Assembly (NCBI GenBank): GCA_963833095.1
Contig: CAWHWQ010000008.1
Location: forward strand, 96,001 to 160,000
Direction: 5' to 3'
From: Vulcanimicrobiota bacterium
Lineage (GTDB): Bacteria > Vulcanimicrobiota > Vulcanimicrobiia > Vulcanimicrobiales > Vulcanimicrobiaceae
DNA: 64,000 bases
Both the position numbers and the translations under genes were made by a program. The notes beneath the pieces were generated by a model. It was not told where the DNA came from. It ran no database searches and worked only from the letters and a program-made list of their open reading frames with translations. Within the stretch, counting starts at the first letter, position 1, and every line of letters begins with the position of its first letter. This document shows positions 51,301 to 61,041 of this stretch, piece after piece.

Positions 51301-51887
51301 CTGATGAGGTCATTGATGCGAATCGCGTTGTTCTCGGTCTGTTCGAGGCGGCGCATCGACTCGTGCTTGCGCGCGAGAAATTTGTTGATGCCGGCCGTCT
51401 CTTCAAAAAGCGCGCGGCGTTCGGTCGGCTTGCTGGTGAGAATCGAATCGATCTGCCCTTGCGAGACGATCGAATACGATCCCGGCCCCAGGCCCGTGCC
51501 CATGAGGAGCTCAACGATGTCGCGCAAACGCACTTGATTGCGATTGATGAAGTACTCGCTCTCGCCGGCACGGTAGGCGCGGCGCGTGATCTCGACCTCG
51601 CTGAATTCGATCGGCAGCTTGCCGCTCGTGTTGTCAAAGGTGAGGGAGACCTCGGCCATTCCGAGCGGCTTGCGCTTGTCGTTGCCGGCGAAGATCACGT
51701 CCTCGAGCTTGCCCGAGCGCAAGCTGCGGCTCGACGTCTCGCCCAGCACCCAGCGAAACGCGTCGACCATGTTTGATTTTCCCGAGCCGTTGGGCCCGAC
51801 GATAGCGGTGATGCCGCCGGCAAAATCGAGCGCGGTCGCCTCGGCAAACGTCTTGAACCCGAAGGCCTTGATCTTCTTTAAATGCAT
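48318..51887 (-). CDS. smc: chromosome segregation protein SMC
   Basis: GFKTF, GPNGSGKSN, hinge GRATFLPL, LSGGE, LLDEVDAALD. Confidence 0.97.
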   Translation of the reverse strand: MHLKKIKAFGFKTFAEATALDFAGGITAIVGPNGSGKSNMVDAFRWVLGETSSRSLRSGKLEDVIFAGNDKRKPLGMAEVSLTFDNTSGKLPIEFSEVEITRRAYRAGESEYFINRNQVRLRDIVELLMGTGLGPGSYSIVSQGQIDSILTSKPTERRALFEETAGINKFLARKHESMRRLEQTENNAIRINDLISELERRIPELDTQVRRAKRYRKVSARVRDLEILSYMRASASRRSERETLRSELEKQEDVRGAAAAKVAQLGANLAELRTRAYQQELQLEEIRGQAQSKRAELSRIEADYAAALARRETLESQSTQTHEDAARVQAERESLSVTIERLEARLAPLAGELEAGREAELQAQTSLAQARAQLDAIFTRLREVETHVAQGAAKRAERRVQGENLRAEAERLEGEAHAAREHVAQLEMTAGTASQKYAEREAQLGALEAHFTGGRERSDAAEAALTRAQSELGDALAAHRDQTGEVKGAESRLHTIEELENSLEGHVPGTRAVVEAWQRGDLRGIEGIVSNVITTEERYARAMDVAFGARLSNIITTTSEDAERAIEFLNRSEQGRATFLPLDTLGNRDAKTMTAELGSQPGVIGYAHTLLRTQPEYEGVVRFLVGNVLVVDTLQTGIHLVRERGLRDTIVTLSGEQIAGGGAITGGRFHRERSILSRRVQAQTLREALTGMRAKLETLEHAAATAGVRVENAVAERDAAREGLGRVELQSAELRTEMAALASDLERMHSEVARAHVTVEDVLVRARDARERERVLEGPEADAVHSDEERAALEAELARAREEIARAEEAQLQASHRAGDLRERVAALTAERDASRGRLGMLDQDSERARLAREQMLAEIGGLAEQTRNAHAHVEGLRRGVSDLDAKLDVARRERETMANGLLQLEADLRSAENDEREAVAGGERHRTRLAEIEAELGMLVSQFAQNPATDDECHDVEGRYADEADTVIDDLPRLREELARLSANVNLNAEAEREEVGERETFLRTQMEDLAKARETLLESIKEIEAQSQALFNATFEKVATAFTEMYGKLFPGGDAKMWQTNPENLSETGIEISVQPPGKKLMALTALSGGERAMTAAALIFALIAVKPSPFYLLDEVDAALDDANVERFSDMVRELASDSQMIIVTHNKKTMELADRMYGVTMKEPGVSTIIAATLSAERHPELALA

Positions 51888-51893
51888 TCGTCC

Positions 51894-52592
51894 CTACTGG
51901 TCCGGGAAAAGGGAGGCTAGCGCCGCCAGCGCTGCGGCCTGCTGTGCGGCTTTCTTCGATGGCCCGCTCCCGGTTCCCAACGTCTTGCCCTTGACCTGCA
52001 CGCTCGAGTGGAAGCGCGGCGCTTGCGGCGTGCCGGCACTGCGGTCGCGGTAGACCGGCGTGGCTGAGAGGTGCTCCTGCGCGTAATGCTGCAGCCGCGT
52101 TTTAGGGTCGAGCAGTGCGTCGGGCGCGTGATCGAGCTGCTCGATGTGCTCGGCGACCACAAACGTGCGCGCCTTTTCGATGCCGTAGCGCAGCGCGAGC
52201 GCGGCCACAAAGGCTTCGAATGCGTCGGCCAAGATCGAGGTATTGTCGGCGCCGCCGGCGTTGCGCATGCCCACGCCCAACTCCACGAGCTCGGCAAATC
52301 CCAGGCGCCGCGCCGACTGCGCGAGCTGCGCATCGTTCACAATCGCGGCCTTGCGTACCGTCAGCCGGCCCTCGGGCTCATCCGGAAATCGTTCGTAGAG
52401 CCAGCTTGCGGTAACAAACCCGAGCACCGAATCGCCGAGAAACTCCATGCGTTCGTTCGAGGCGCGGCCGCCTTCTTTGGCATGGCTTTCGTGGATGAAG
52501 GCCTGCTCGATCAGCGTCACATCGCCCGCGACGCGTACGCCCGCGCGAGCGAGAAGCGCCCGCAGACGCCGCCTGTGATTCTCACCGGCCAT
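51894..52592 (-). CDS. rnc: ribonuclease III
   Basis: NERMEFLGDSVL, ADAFEA, dsRBD DPKTRLQ...SKKAAQQ. Confidence 0.95.
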   Translation of the reverse strand: MAGENHRRRLRALLARAGVRVAGDVTLIEQAFIHESHAKEGGRASNERMEFLGDSVLGFVTASWLYERFPDEPEGRLTVRKAAIVNDAQLAQSARRLGFAELVELGVGMRNAGGADNTSILADAFEAFVAALALRYGIEKARTFVVAEHIEQLDHAPDALLDPKTRLQHYAQEHLSATPVYRDRSAGTPQAPRFHSSVQVKGKTLGTGSGPSKKAAQQAAALAALASLFPDQ

Positions 52593-52604
52593 GATCGTAA
52601 CGCG

Positions 52605-53849
52605 CTAGCGTACCTTTCCAAAAACGATCACGCTATTGTGGCCGCCGAAGCCGAACGAATTCGACAGCGCGACATTCACTGGTGCTTTACGCGCAACGTT
52701 GGGAACGTAGTCGAGCGTGCATTCGGGATCGGGAAATTCGTAATTGATCGTGGGCGGCATGATATCGGTGGCCACGGCCATCACCGTCGCCACGCCTTCG
52801 AGTCCGCCCGCGCCGCCGAGCGCGTGCCCGTGCATTGATTTGGTCGAGCTAACACCGATTTTCGAAGCGTGCGCGCCGAAGGCTTTTTCGATCGCTTTGG
52901 ACTCGGCCGGATCACCGATCGGCGTCGACGTGCCGTGGGCGTTGATGTGATCGACGTCGCCGGGTGAAATGCCCGCGGACTTAAACGCGCGAGCGAAGGC
53001 GAGCGCCACGCCGTCGCCGCTTGGATCGACCGCCACGAGGTCGTAGGCATCCGCGGACTGACCATAGCCGAGCACCTCGGCGTAGATCTTTGCGCCGCGT
53101 TTCTTTGCGTGCTCGTATTCCTCGAAAATCAAAACGCCGGCGCCCTCACCGAGCACAAAACCATCGCGTTCCTTATCGAACGGACGCGAGGCTTTGGTCG
53201 GCTCGTCGTTGCGCGTCGACATCGCTTTCATCGAACAGAATCCGCCGACCGCTAGCGGTGAAATGCAGGCCTCGCTGCCGCCGGTGATCATCGCCAGGGC
53301 GTCGCCGTGCGCAACCGCGTTATACGCGGTGCAGATCGCGTCGTTGGCCGATGCGCACGCGCTCGCCACCGAAAAAACGGGGCCGCGGAATCCATAGATC
53401 ATCGAAATATGCGCCGGCGCGGCATTCGCCATCAGCATCGGAATAAAAAACGGCGAGGTCTTGGTCCAATTGCCGACCTGCGCTGCCTTGAGCGACTCGT
53501 ACCAAAAGGTTTGGATGCCGCCGATGCCGCTGCCGATGATCGCCCCGACCTGATCCTTGAATGCCTGGTCCTCAGGGAGCGCGGCGTCGGCAATCGCCTC
53601 TTTGGTAGCGACAAAGGCATATTGCGCAAAGCGGTCCATCCGGCGCGAGAGCTTGCGCCCGACCAGCTCGTCGGCGTTGAAATCCTTGACCTCGGCGGCG
53701 ATCCGCGTGGTAAAGCCGCTTGCGTCGAAGACCGAAATCGGCCCGACGCCCGACTCGCCGGCGACCAGCCGCCGCCAAAACTCTGGGTAGGAATTTCCTA
53801 AGGGGGTCACGGCGCCCATGCCCGTGACGACGACTCGTCTTCTGCTCAA
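52605..53849 (-). CDS. fabF: beta-ketoacyl-ACP synthase II
   Basis: RRVVVTGMG, SACAS, NAHGTST, TKSMHGH, NSFGFGGHN; TTG start. Confidence 0.96.
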   Translation of the reverse strand: MSRRRVVVTGMGAVTPLGNSYPEFWRRLVAGESGVGPISVFDASGFTTRIAAEVKDFNADELVGRKLSRRMDRFAQYAFVATKEAIADAALPEDQAFKDQVGAIIGSGIGGIQTFWYESLKAAQVGNWTKTSPFFIPMLMANAAPAHISMIYGFRGPVFSVASACASANDAICTAYNAVAHGDALAMITGGSEACISPLAVGGFCSMKAMSTRNDEPTKASRPFDKERDGFVLGEGAGVLIFEEYEHAKKRGAKIYAEVLGYGQSADAYDLVAVDPSGDGVALAFARAFKSAGISPGDVDHINAHGTSTPIGDPAESKAIEKAFGAHASKIGVSSTKSMHGHALGGAGGLEGVATVMAVATDIMPPTINYEFPDPECTLDYVPNVARKAPVNVALSNSFGFGGHNSVIVFGKVR

Positions 53850-53904
53850 AACGCCTCACAGTTACGGCCGGGAGGGCGGTCACCCTTTTCCGAACGTTGC
53901 CAAG

Positions 53905-54222
53905 GTGAAACGCGTCGCATCGATTCTCGCGCTGGCAGCTCTGGTAGTGGCATTGACCGCAGGCGCCGGCGCGCAGCAACAAACCTTTTATACGGCGCAC
54001 GCCGGCCCAACCGGCCCGGTGCCGATCATCACGCCACAGCCGCTCCTCTACGACGGCTACTATTACCCGTATCCCTTCACGTGCAATAATCGCTTCTCGA
54101 GGAACAGCAAGCGCGGCGCCGCTCAGGGCAGCCACTACCGTAACGGCAACCACGGGAATCCGTGCAACGGGGGCCGCCCATCCCCACGCCCGAGCTATCA
54201 CCCTGCGCCGAAGCCAACCTAG
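53905..54222 (+). CDS. small secreted Pro/Tyr-rich hypothetical protein
   Basis: GTG start, signal peptide MKRVASILALAALVVALTAGAGA. Confidence 0.55.
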   Translation: MKRVASILALAALVVALTAGAGAQQQTFYTAHAGPTGPVPIITPQPLLYDGYYYPYPFTCNNRFSRNSKRGAAQGSHYRNGNHGNPCNGGRPSPRPSYHPAPKPT

Positions 54223-54285
54223 CCGCACGATGCGGCTGAAGGTCCGGAGCGCAGGACGCGCGATTGGCCGAAGGCCAACCGGACC
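54221..54285 (+). repeat. structured two-stem repeat with CA(G/C)GA(T/C)G loops (copy 2)
   Basis: AGCCGCACGATGCGGCT hairpin, then GGTCCGG/CCGGACC stem enclosing GCGCAGGACGCGC and TTGGCCGAAGGCCAA. Confidence 0.7.
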
Positions 54286-54287
54286 AT

Positions 54288-54596
54288 CTACGCGCTAAAC
54301 GAGAAGATCGGGGCCGGGTAAACCCGTTCGGCTGCGATGGCCTGGACCGCGGAGTAAAGCCGCAATGCATTTCCATTCGCCGGCGGCACGAAGGTCGGAT
54401 CGGTCGAGGGCGGGACCACCGCCGCCGACTGTAGCGCTTGATAGGTCGGGAAGGCAGCCTGGCTGAGATTCTGCGAAGCTGTCGCCGCAGGCTTCCGCGG
54501 AGCAGGGGCAACCGCGGCTACGGGCGCCACCGCGGGACGAGCCGGGACCAGGGAGATGACGTGAGTCGGGGCGGCGGAGATTGGGGCGACCAGCAT
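54288..54596 (-). CDS. hypothetical Pro/Ala-rich protein
   Basis: ATG-started 102-aa ORF filling the gap; no recognisable motif. Confidence 0.45.
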   Translation of the reverse strand: MLVAPISAAPTHVISLVPARPAVAPVAAVAPAPRKPAATASQNLSQAAFPTYQALQSAAVVPPSTDPTFVPPANGNALRLYSAVQAIAAERVYPAPIFSFSA

Positions 54597-54626
54597 AGTT
54601 AGTCCATTCTACCCGCAGAACGGTCC

Positions 54627-54656
54627 TTGCCAACCCTCCGAGCCCTTTGCTATACT
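54627..54656 (+). promoter_or_regulatory. sigma70-type promoter of rpmA-obgE-nadD
   Basis: TTGCCA-N18-TATACT with TG extension, 9 nt upstream of the rpmA ATG (near-leaderless). Confidence 0.6.
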
Positions 54657-54665
54657 CCCCAGGCT

Positions 54666-54950
54666 ATGTTCCAGTTCGACCTGCAGCTTTTTGCGTCCAA
54701 AAAGGGCGCCGGCTCCACCCGCAACGGGCGCGACTCCAATGCCCAACGTCTGGGCGTCAAGCGCTTCGGCGGCGAGCGTGTGCTCGCGGGTAATATCCTC
54801 GTGCGTCAGCGCGGCACCAAATTCTATCCGGGCGAAAACGTCGGGATGGGTAAGGATCACACGCTGTTCGCGCTGATTGAAGGCACCGTCGAGTTTTCGT
54901 CGCGCCGCAATCGCCAGCACATCAACGTGCGGCCGCCTTCCGCGGCATAA
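54666..54950 (+). CDS. rpmA: 50S ribosomal protein L27 with N-terminal extension
   Basis: [32 protein letters not shown]. Confidence 0.97.
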   Translation: MFQFDLQLFASKKGAGSTRNGRDSNAQRLGVKRFGGERVLAGNILVRQRGTKFYPGENVGMGKDHTLFALIEGTVEFSSRRNRQHINVRPPSAA

Positions 54951-54969
54951 ACCGCGCCGAAACACATTC

Positions 54970-56235
54970 CTGCAATTTATTGACGAAGCGACGATCACCG
55001 TAGCAGCCGGAAACGGCGGCGACGGTATTGTTGCATGGCGTCGAGAGAAATACGTTCCCAAAGGCGGCCCGGCCGGCGGCGACGGCGGTGGCGGCGGCAG
55101 CATCTATCTTCAAGCGACGTCGGAGCTTTCAACGCTCGTCGAGTTTCGCTATAAACGTCAATTCAATGCGGAATCCGGCAACGCCGGCGGTCAATCGAAT
55201 AAATCCGGGCGAAGCGGTCCGGATTTGACGATACCCGTACCCGTTGGCACGCTCGTGTATCGTACGCTCGAAGGCAAAGCCGAAACGTTTCTCATCGATC
55301 TCGCGCAGGACGGCGACCGCGCGCAAGTCGCGCGCGGCGGTAAAGGCGGTCTTGGGAATCAACATTTCGCCACCAGCACGCGCCAAGCACCGCGTATTGC
55401 GTACAACGGCGAACCGGGCGAACGTTGCGCATTGCGGCTCGAGCTCAAGCTGCTCGCCGATTGCGGCGTAATCGGCGTTCCCAATGCCGGTAAGTCGACA
55501 CTTCTTTCGGTTGTGTCGGCGGCGCGGCCCAAGATCGCCGATTATCCGTTCACGACGATCGAACCGCAACTGGGCGTCGTACGTGTCTCGGATGAAGAAT
55601 CGTTCGTCTTGGTTGACGTTCCCGGGTTGATCGAGGGCGCGCACGAAGGCGCCGGTTTAGGCGATCAATTTCTCAAGCACGTCGAGCGCACGCGCGCGCT
55701 CGTGCATCTGCTCGACGGCGCAAAGCCGCTCGACGAGATCTTGCACGACAAGACGACGATCGAAGGCGAACTGCGCGCGTGGAATCCTGCGCTGCTCGAG
55801 CGGCCGACGCTGCTGGTCATCAGCAAGCTCGATCTGCCCGATGCGCAAGAGCGTTTGAACGAACTGCGCGAACAATTCCCGGATGCACGCGGCATCAGTT
55901 CGGCTACGCGCGACGGCGTGCAAGAGCTCGTCTATGCGATTTGGCAGACGATCAAGGACGCACCGCCGCCGCAGATCGTCACGCCGCCGCCGGCGCTCAT
56001 CGAACTCGTGCCCGACGAAGCTTTCGCGATCGAACGCGATACCGAGGGCGCCTTTGTCCTCACCGGACCACGCATCGAACGCCTCGCCGCGGTAACGAAC
56101 TTCGATTCGGATGAAGGGCTGGCGCGCTTCGAGCGTACGCTCGCGAAGATGGGCGTGGAAAAAAAATTACGTGAACTTGGTGCAGTCGAAGGGGATACGG
56201 TCCGAATTGGGCCGTACGAGTTCACATACTCGTGA
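54970..56235 (+). CDS. obgE: GTPase Obg
   Basis: (CTG)QFIDEA...GGPAGGDGG, GVPNAGKST, IADYPFTT, DVPGLIEGA; C-terminal OCT-like domain. Confidence 0.96.
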   Translation: MQFIDEATITVAAGNGGDGIVAWRREKYVPKGGPAGGDGGGGGSIYLQATSELSTLVEFRYKRQFNAESGNAGGQSNKSGRSGPDLTIPVPVGTLVYRTLEGKAETFLIDLAQDGDRAQVARGGKGGLGNQHFATSTRQAPRIAYNGEPGERCALRLELKLLADCGVIGVPNAGKSTLLSVVSAARPKIADYPFTTIEPQLGVVRVSDEESFVLVDVPGLIEGAHEGAGLGDQFLKHVERTRALVHLLDGAKPLDEILHDKTTIEGELRAWNPALLERPTLLVISKLDLPDAQERLNELREQFPDARGISSATRDGVQELVYAIWQTIKDAPPPQIVTPPPALIELVPDEAFAIERDTEGAFVLTGPRIERLAAVTNFDSDEGLARFERTLAKMGVEKKLRELGAVEGDTVRIGPYEFTYS

Positions 56236-56840
56236 GACTCGGAATTTTCGGCGGCACGTTCGACCCGATTCACAACGCGCATCTCTTCCTCGCAGAATCG
56301 GCGCGGTTGCTCGAAGGGCTGGATCGCGTGCTCTGGGTGCCGACCAAAGAAAAGAAGCACTACCGTGACGCCGCGCAAGTCGATGCAGCGCACCGTTGCG
56401 CGATGATTCTTGCGGGAATCGAAGGCAACGCAGGCTTTGCGCTCGATGAGTGCGATTTGCGCGACGACAGCACCGGCTACACGGCCGATCTGCTGCCGTT
56501 ACTCAAGAAGAAGTATCCGAAGGCGACCTTTACCTTCGTCATCGGCGCGGACTCGCTCGCGAACTCGCCCTGGGAGCGTTTCGACGAAGTGCTCGAGCAG
56601 CTCGAACGCTTCGTGATCGCGCCGCGTATCGGCGTGCGTCCCGAAGCATTGCAGCGGGTGATAGCCGCGGTTCCCAAGGGGCTGCGCGAGCGCATCGCAA
56701 CGCTCAATATGCCCGAGCTCACCGAGTCGGCTACGCTGGTACGGACGCTCCTCTCGCAGGGACGCAGCGTACGGTATCTCGTACCCGAGGCGGTATGGCA
56801 GTACATCGTCGCCCACAACCTCTACGGCATCGAGCGTTAA
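56232..56840 (+). CDS. nadD: nicotinate-nucleotide adenylyltransferase
   Basis: GIFGGTFDPIHNAH, VIGADS, RYLVP. Confidence 0.93.
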   Translation: MRLGIFGGTFDPIHNAHLFLAESARLLEGLDRVLWVPTKEKKHYRDAAQVDAAHRCAMILAGIEGNAGFALDECDLRDDSTGYTADLLPLLKKKYPKATFTFVIGADSLANSPWERFDEVLEQLERFVIAPRIGVRPEALQRVIAAVPKGLRERIATLNMPELTESATLVRTLLSQGRSVRYLVPEAVWQYIVAHNLYGIER

Positions 56841-57238
56841 TCGTTGCCCTCGGCCTGTTCGCGCTCGCCGGGTGCGCTTCCGGGCATTCGGAGCAGCCCG
56901 ACAACGCGCACGTCTGCGCCCTCTACGCCAGTGGCGCAAGCGACGCCGAAGTCGTTGCCCAAGGCACAGTGCTTACCGTCCTCGGCACGCGCAACGGCCC
57001 CAGCGGCGACCACGAAGGCTTTTTGCTCAAGCTCGCCCAGCAATGCGATTTGATGCTGCGCGTCGAGACCAACGTCGATATCACGGGGCCCGTGCCGCTG
57101 CGCGCGGGTGAGACGGTCACGGTCAAGGGGCAATTCGAAGATGACGCGACCGGCGGCGTGATCCATTGGACGCACCACGATCCCTCGGGGCGTCACGTCG
57201 GCGGCTACGTGCTCGCCGGCGGCAAATACTACGAATAG
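56795..57238 (+). CDS. DUF3465-like lipoprotein
   Basis: Lipobox LAGC; GGVIHWTHHDPSGRH; start uncertain. Confidence 0.75.
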   Translation: MAVHRRPQPLRHRALIVALGLFALAGCASGHSEQPDNAHVCALYASGASDAEVVAQGTVLTVLGTRNGPSGDHEGFLLKLAQQCDLMLRVETNVDITGPVPLRAGETVTVKGQFEDDATGGVIHWTHHDPSGRHVGGYVLAGGKYYE

Positions 57239-57241
57239 GCA

Positions 57242-58358
57242 TTATCGGGTGCTGCGAGCAAATCGCACGCTTGCGAGCACGAAGATCGCGACGCCGTAGC
57301 CCAGCATCGGCAGGATGGAGGGCCAAAGCTGCGCGATCCCGGCGCCGCGAATGATGATCCCGCGCAAAATCTCTATGTAATACGTGAGCGGGATCACGTA
57401 ACCGAACATCTGCATCGGCAGCGGCATCAGCGAGCGTTCGAAGACCGCACCGCTTACCAGCACCGATGGCAGCAAGATGAAAATCGCCATGAGCTGAGCT
57501 TGGATCTGCGTCTGCGCGATGGTTGAGATGAGGAGTCCCAGTCCGAGCGAGACCAGCAAAAAGCATAGCGACAGTACGGTCAGCAAAAGTACGTTTCCGG
57601 CGATCGGGACGGCGAAGACGAAGACCAATCCCGCGAGAACCGCTAAGAACTGTATGCCCGCCACCAGGACGTAGGGGATCAGTTTTCCGAGCATCAAACC
57701 CGCCGTGCCGATCGGCGTCACCAGCAATTGATCCAGCGTGCCCTTCTCGCGCTCGCCCACGATGGCGAGCGCCGTCAGCATGATCGTGATGTTCTGCATC
57801 ACTAGGCCAATGAGTCCAGGAACGAAGAAATTCGCGCTGCGCATTGCCGGATTGAATAAAACGACCGGACGCACTTCGAACGGCGGGACGGTCTCGGGCG
57901 TGAGATCGCGCAGCGGAATTCCGCCGAGCGCTACCGCAGACCCGTAGGCAACTTGCGCAATCGACGAATCCGAACCGTCGATGAAAGCCCCGACCGCCGG
58001 ATGCCGCCCGGCCAAGAGATCGGCGGTGAAATTTTGCGGGATATCAAACGCGGCGCGCACTTTCCCCGCCACGATCGCATCGATCAAGCCCTGCCGATTC
58101 GGTACCTCCTCCACGACCTCGAAGGTGCGCGAGCCGTTTAGGCTGTCGACGAATGCTTGCGCTGCCGGCCCACGATCTTCGCGATAAACCGCCGCCGGTA
58201 CGTGCTCGACCGTGGTATTGATCGCATAGCCCAACAGCAAGAGTTGTAAAAGCGGCACACCGACTGCAAGTGCGAGCGTAACCGGACTGCGAAGAATTTG
58301 GCGCAGCTCTTTGTACACGACCGCGCTGCATCCCCGAAAAATCGAAGAGTCCGCTCAT
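57242..58358 (-). CDS. ABC-2 type permease (YbhS/R-like; frameshift near the start)
   Basis: KELRQ, LLGYA, FFVPGL, EREKGTLDQLLVTP, PLTYY. Confidence 0.88.
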
Positions 58359-59294
58359 GCTGCCTCGGTCTTGCGGGTGAGCGCAACGAACGCGTCTTCG
58401 AGCGAGGGGCGAATGACCGAGACGCGCGTTGGATCCATGCCCAGCGTCTGCGCCAGCTCGGCCGCGCTAACGTCGCGGTCGACGACAACATGAATGTCGC
58501 GCCCGAAGATCGTCGCGTCACGCACGCTTCGGACATCGTGAACGCGCCGAAAGGTCTCCATGACGTCGTCCGTTGCGACCGCATAGCGTACCGTCCCCGG
58601 CGGCGTAACGTCGGGCAGCGAGCAGATTTCATCCGGCGATCCGCTTGCAAGCACATGGCCTTCGTAGATGTAAGCCAGTGACGAACAGCGTTCCGCCTCG
58701 TCCATGTAGTGGGTGGTCACGAAGAACGTCTTGCCGGCCGATGCAAGCGAAAGAGCAAATCCCAAAGATCGCGTCGCGCAACCGGATCGATGCCCGCGGT
58801 GGGCTCATCCAGAAAAACGACCGGCGGATCGTGGATGAGCGCACAGGCCCAGCGCGAGGCGCCGCTGCCATCCGCCCGAAAGGCTCGACGCGAGATAGTT
58901 CCGATACCCGCCGATGCCGACGATCTCGACGACGCGCGCCTTACGCGAGCGTGCGCGTGCCGCCCGAAAGGCCGTAGGCACGCGCATAGAATTCGAGGTT
59001 TTCGTCGACCGTCAAATCGCCGTACATCGAGAAGCCCTGCGCCATGTAGCCGATCGAACGACGAACGTCGCTCGACTGGCTCTCGACGTCATATCCCGCG
59101 ACACGTGCGCGTCGCCGGACGTTGGATGAACCAGACCGCAGAGCATTTTGATGGTCGTGGTCTTTCCGCTGCCGTTGGGACCGAGAAACCCGAAGATGCT
59201 TCCGGCGAGGATCGAAAAACAGAGCATCGTCGACAACGGCGCGCTCGCCGTACTGTTTGGTCAAGCCGTCGAGTACGATCGCATCGTCACTCAC
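58355..59294 (-). CDS. ABC transporter ATP-binding protein (frameshifted)
   Basis: [30 protein letters not shown]. Confidence 0.88.
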
Positions 59295-60379
59295 TGCGGG
59301 TCGACCGTCACGGTCGTGCCGTCGAGCAGCTGTGATCGGGATCGCGAATGCGGATCTTTACTCCGTAGACGAGTTCGGCGCGCTGGTCGGCGGTCTCGAC
59401 GTTCTGCGGCGTGAACTGCGCGGTGCGGTCGTAGCGCCTCGACCTTTCCTGAAAACGTGCCCGCGCCGGCGTCGGAATGCACGGCGAGTGATTTTGCTTG
59501 CCGAACCGTTTCCAGATCGCTCTGCGACGCGTAAATGTAGACGTAGGGATCGGCGAAGGTGTCGATGACCGCGGCAGGCTGATTCGCCGCCAGCATATCA
59601 CCGGGATGCAAATTGAAGCTCGCGACCACACCGTCAACGGTTGAATAGACCGTTGCTTCGCGCAGTTCGGCGAGCGCGTGGGCGGCGGCGGCATCGGCGC
59701 TGCGAGTTTGAGACTGTGCTTGCGCGATCTGCGCCGCGGAGCCGGCTACGGCCGCCGATAGGTTTGCGCTCGCGGCGACGGCGTTCGCTCGTGCAGCCGC
59801 ACTTTCGCCCGGAAGATCCGCACCGACGAGTTGCGCGAGTTGCGCTTGCGTCTGGCGGACGGTTGCACGCGCCTGATCGCGGGCGGCTCGCGCTTGATCC
59901 AAACTCTGGAGCGACACGTCGCCGGTCGCCGCAAGTGCTGCGCTGCGCGCATAGTTTTTTTCGGTGAGCCGTTCATTGGCACGCGCATCGGCAACCGCCG
60001 CGCGCGCGGCCCGGATCCGATCCTGCGCTCCGCCGATCGTTTGGGTGTAAGTAGCGCCGGTTGAAAGGCTCGAGCCGCGAGCTTGCTCGATTTGACTGGG
60101 CAGCGTGCCGGTCTGCAACACGCGAAGTGCGGCTTGCGCTGCGCGCCCTTGCGCCACGGCTTGATCGTAGGTCGCCGTCGGCAAAGCCGAATCGAGGCGT
60201 ACAATGACGGCTCCGCGCTTGACGGTTTGCCCCGCAGCGACCTCGGTTGCGATTACTCGTCCCCCGACCTGGCTTCCGACCGAAACGTATTCGGTCTGCA
60301 CCGTTCCGCTGAATCCGGGCCGCGGAGCGGCGCACGAAACGAGCACGGCAAAACTGAGTGCGACAGCTGCGACCCTCAT
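59291..60379 (-). CDS. HlyD-family membrane fusion protein (YbhG-like)
   Basis: Lipoprotein-like N-terminus, VGSQVGGRV, coiled coil, [10 protein letters not shown] in an alternate frame. Confidence 0.85.
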   Translation of the reverse strand: MRVAAVALSFAVLVSCAAPRPGFSGTVQTEYVSVGSQVGGRVIATEVAAGQTVKRGAVIVRLDSALPTATYDQAVAQGRAAQAALRVLQTGTLPSQIEQARGSSLSTGATYTQTIGGAQDRIRAARAAVADARANERLTEKNYARSAALAATGDVSLQSLDQARAARDQARATVRQTQAQLAQLVGADLPGESAAARANAVAASANLSAAVAGSAAQIAQAQSQTRSADAAAAHALAELREATVYSTVDGVVASFNLHPGDMLAANQPAAVIDTFADPYVYIYASQSDLETVRQAKSLAVHSDAGAGTFSGKVEALRPHRAVHAAERRDRRPARRTRLRSKDPHSRSRSQLLDGTTVTVDPQ

Positions 60380-60415
60380 CTAGGCATCATCCTAGCATGG
60401 GAATAAGAAGGACCC

Positions 60416-61021
60416 GTGATCCTCGAATCGATCGTGCTTGCCAGCGCCTCGCCGCGCCGACTCGAACTTCTACGCTCGCTGGGCCTGGCCGTGCGTGTGG
60501 AACCGAGCCGCTACGACGAGCCCGATGACCCTTCGGCGACGCCGGTAGCGTTGGCGGTTCGGCACGCTGCCGCCAAGGCGCGTGACGTTCAAGCACGTTT
60601 CCCCGACGATCTGCTCGTCGCGGCGGACACGGTGGTCGACGTCGATGGGATGTCGCTGGGAAAACCTCGCGATCGCGCCGACGCCGCCCGCATGTTGCGC
60701 TCGCTTTCCGGCCGGGCGCACCGGGTGCACACCGCTTACGCGATCGCATTTCCGGGACGCCGCGATCTGATCGAAGAGTGCTCGACCACCCGGGTGCGCT
60801 TTTATCCGCTCGGTGACGACGACATTGCGGAGTATATTGCCACCGGCGAGTCGATGGATAAGGCCGGCGGCTACGGTATTCAGGGCCGCGCTGCGGCGCT
60901 CGTCGAGTCGATCGACGGCGACTTTTACACCGTCATGGGCTTCCCGCTTGCCCGCTTCGTTCGATCGTTGCGCCGGTTGGGTTTTGCGTTACCCCCGGCG
61001 AAGAACACTCCCAACGAATAG
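60416..61021 (+). CDS. maf: Maf-family nucleotide pyrophosphatase
   Basis: LASASPRRLELL, AADTVV, LGKP, DKAGGYGIQ. Confidence 0.95.
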   Translation: MILESIVLASASPRRLELLRSLGLAVRVEPSRYDEPDDPSATPVALAVRHAAAKARDVQARFPDDLLVAADTVVDVDGMSLGKPRDRADAARMLRSLSGRAHRVHTAYAIAFPGRRDLIEECSTTRVRFYPLGDDDIAEYIATGESMDKAGGYGIQGRAAALVESIDGDFYTVMGFPLARFVRSLRRLGFALPPAKNTPNE

Positions 61022-61041
61022 GGCTTTTCCGGGAGCCGGCC

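Noticed and set aside
57242..60379. Fragmented ABC efflux genes as a decaying locus
   Set aside because: Same indel pattern with all motifs present; ordinary YbhG/F/S-like system
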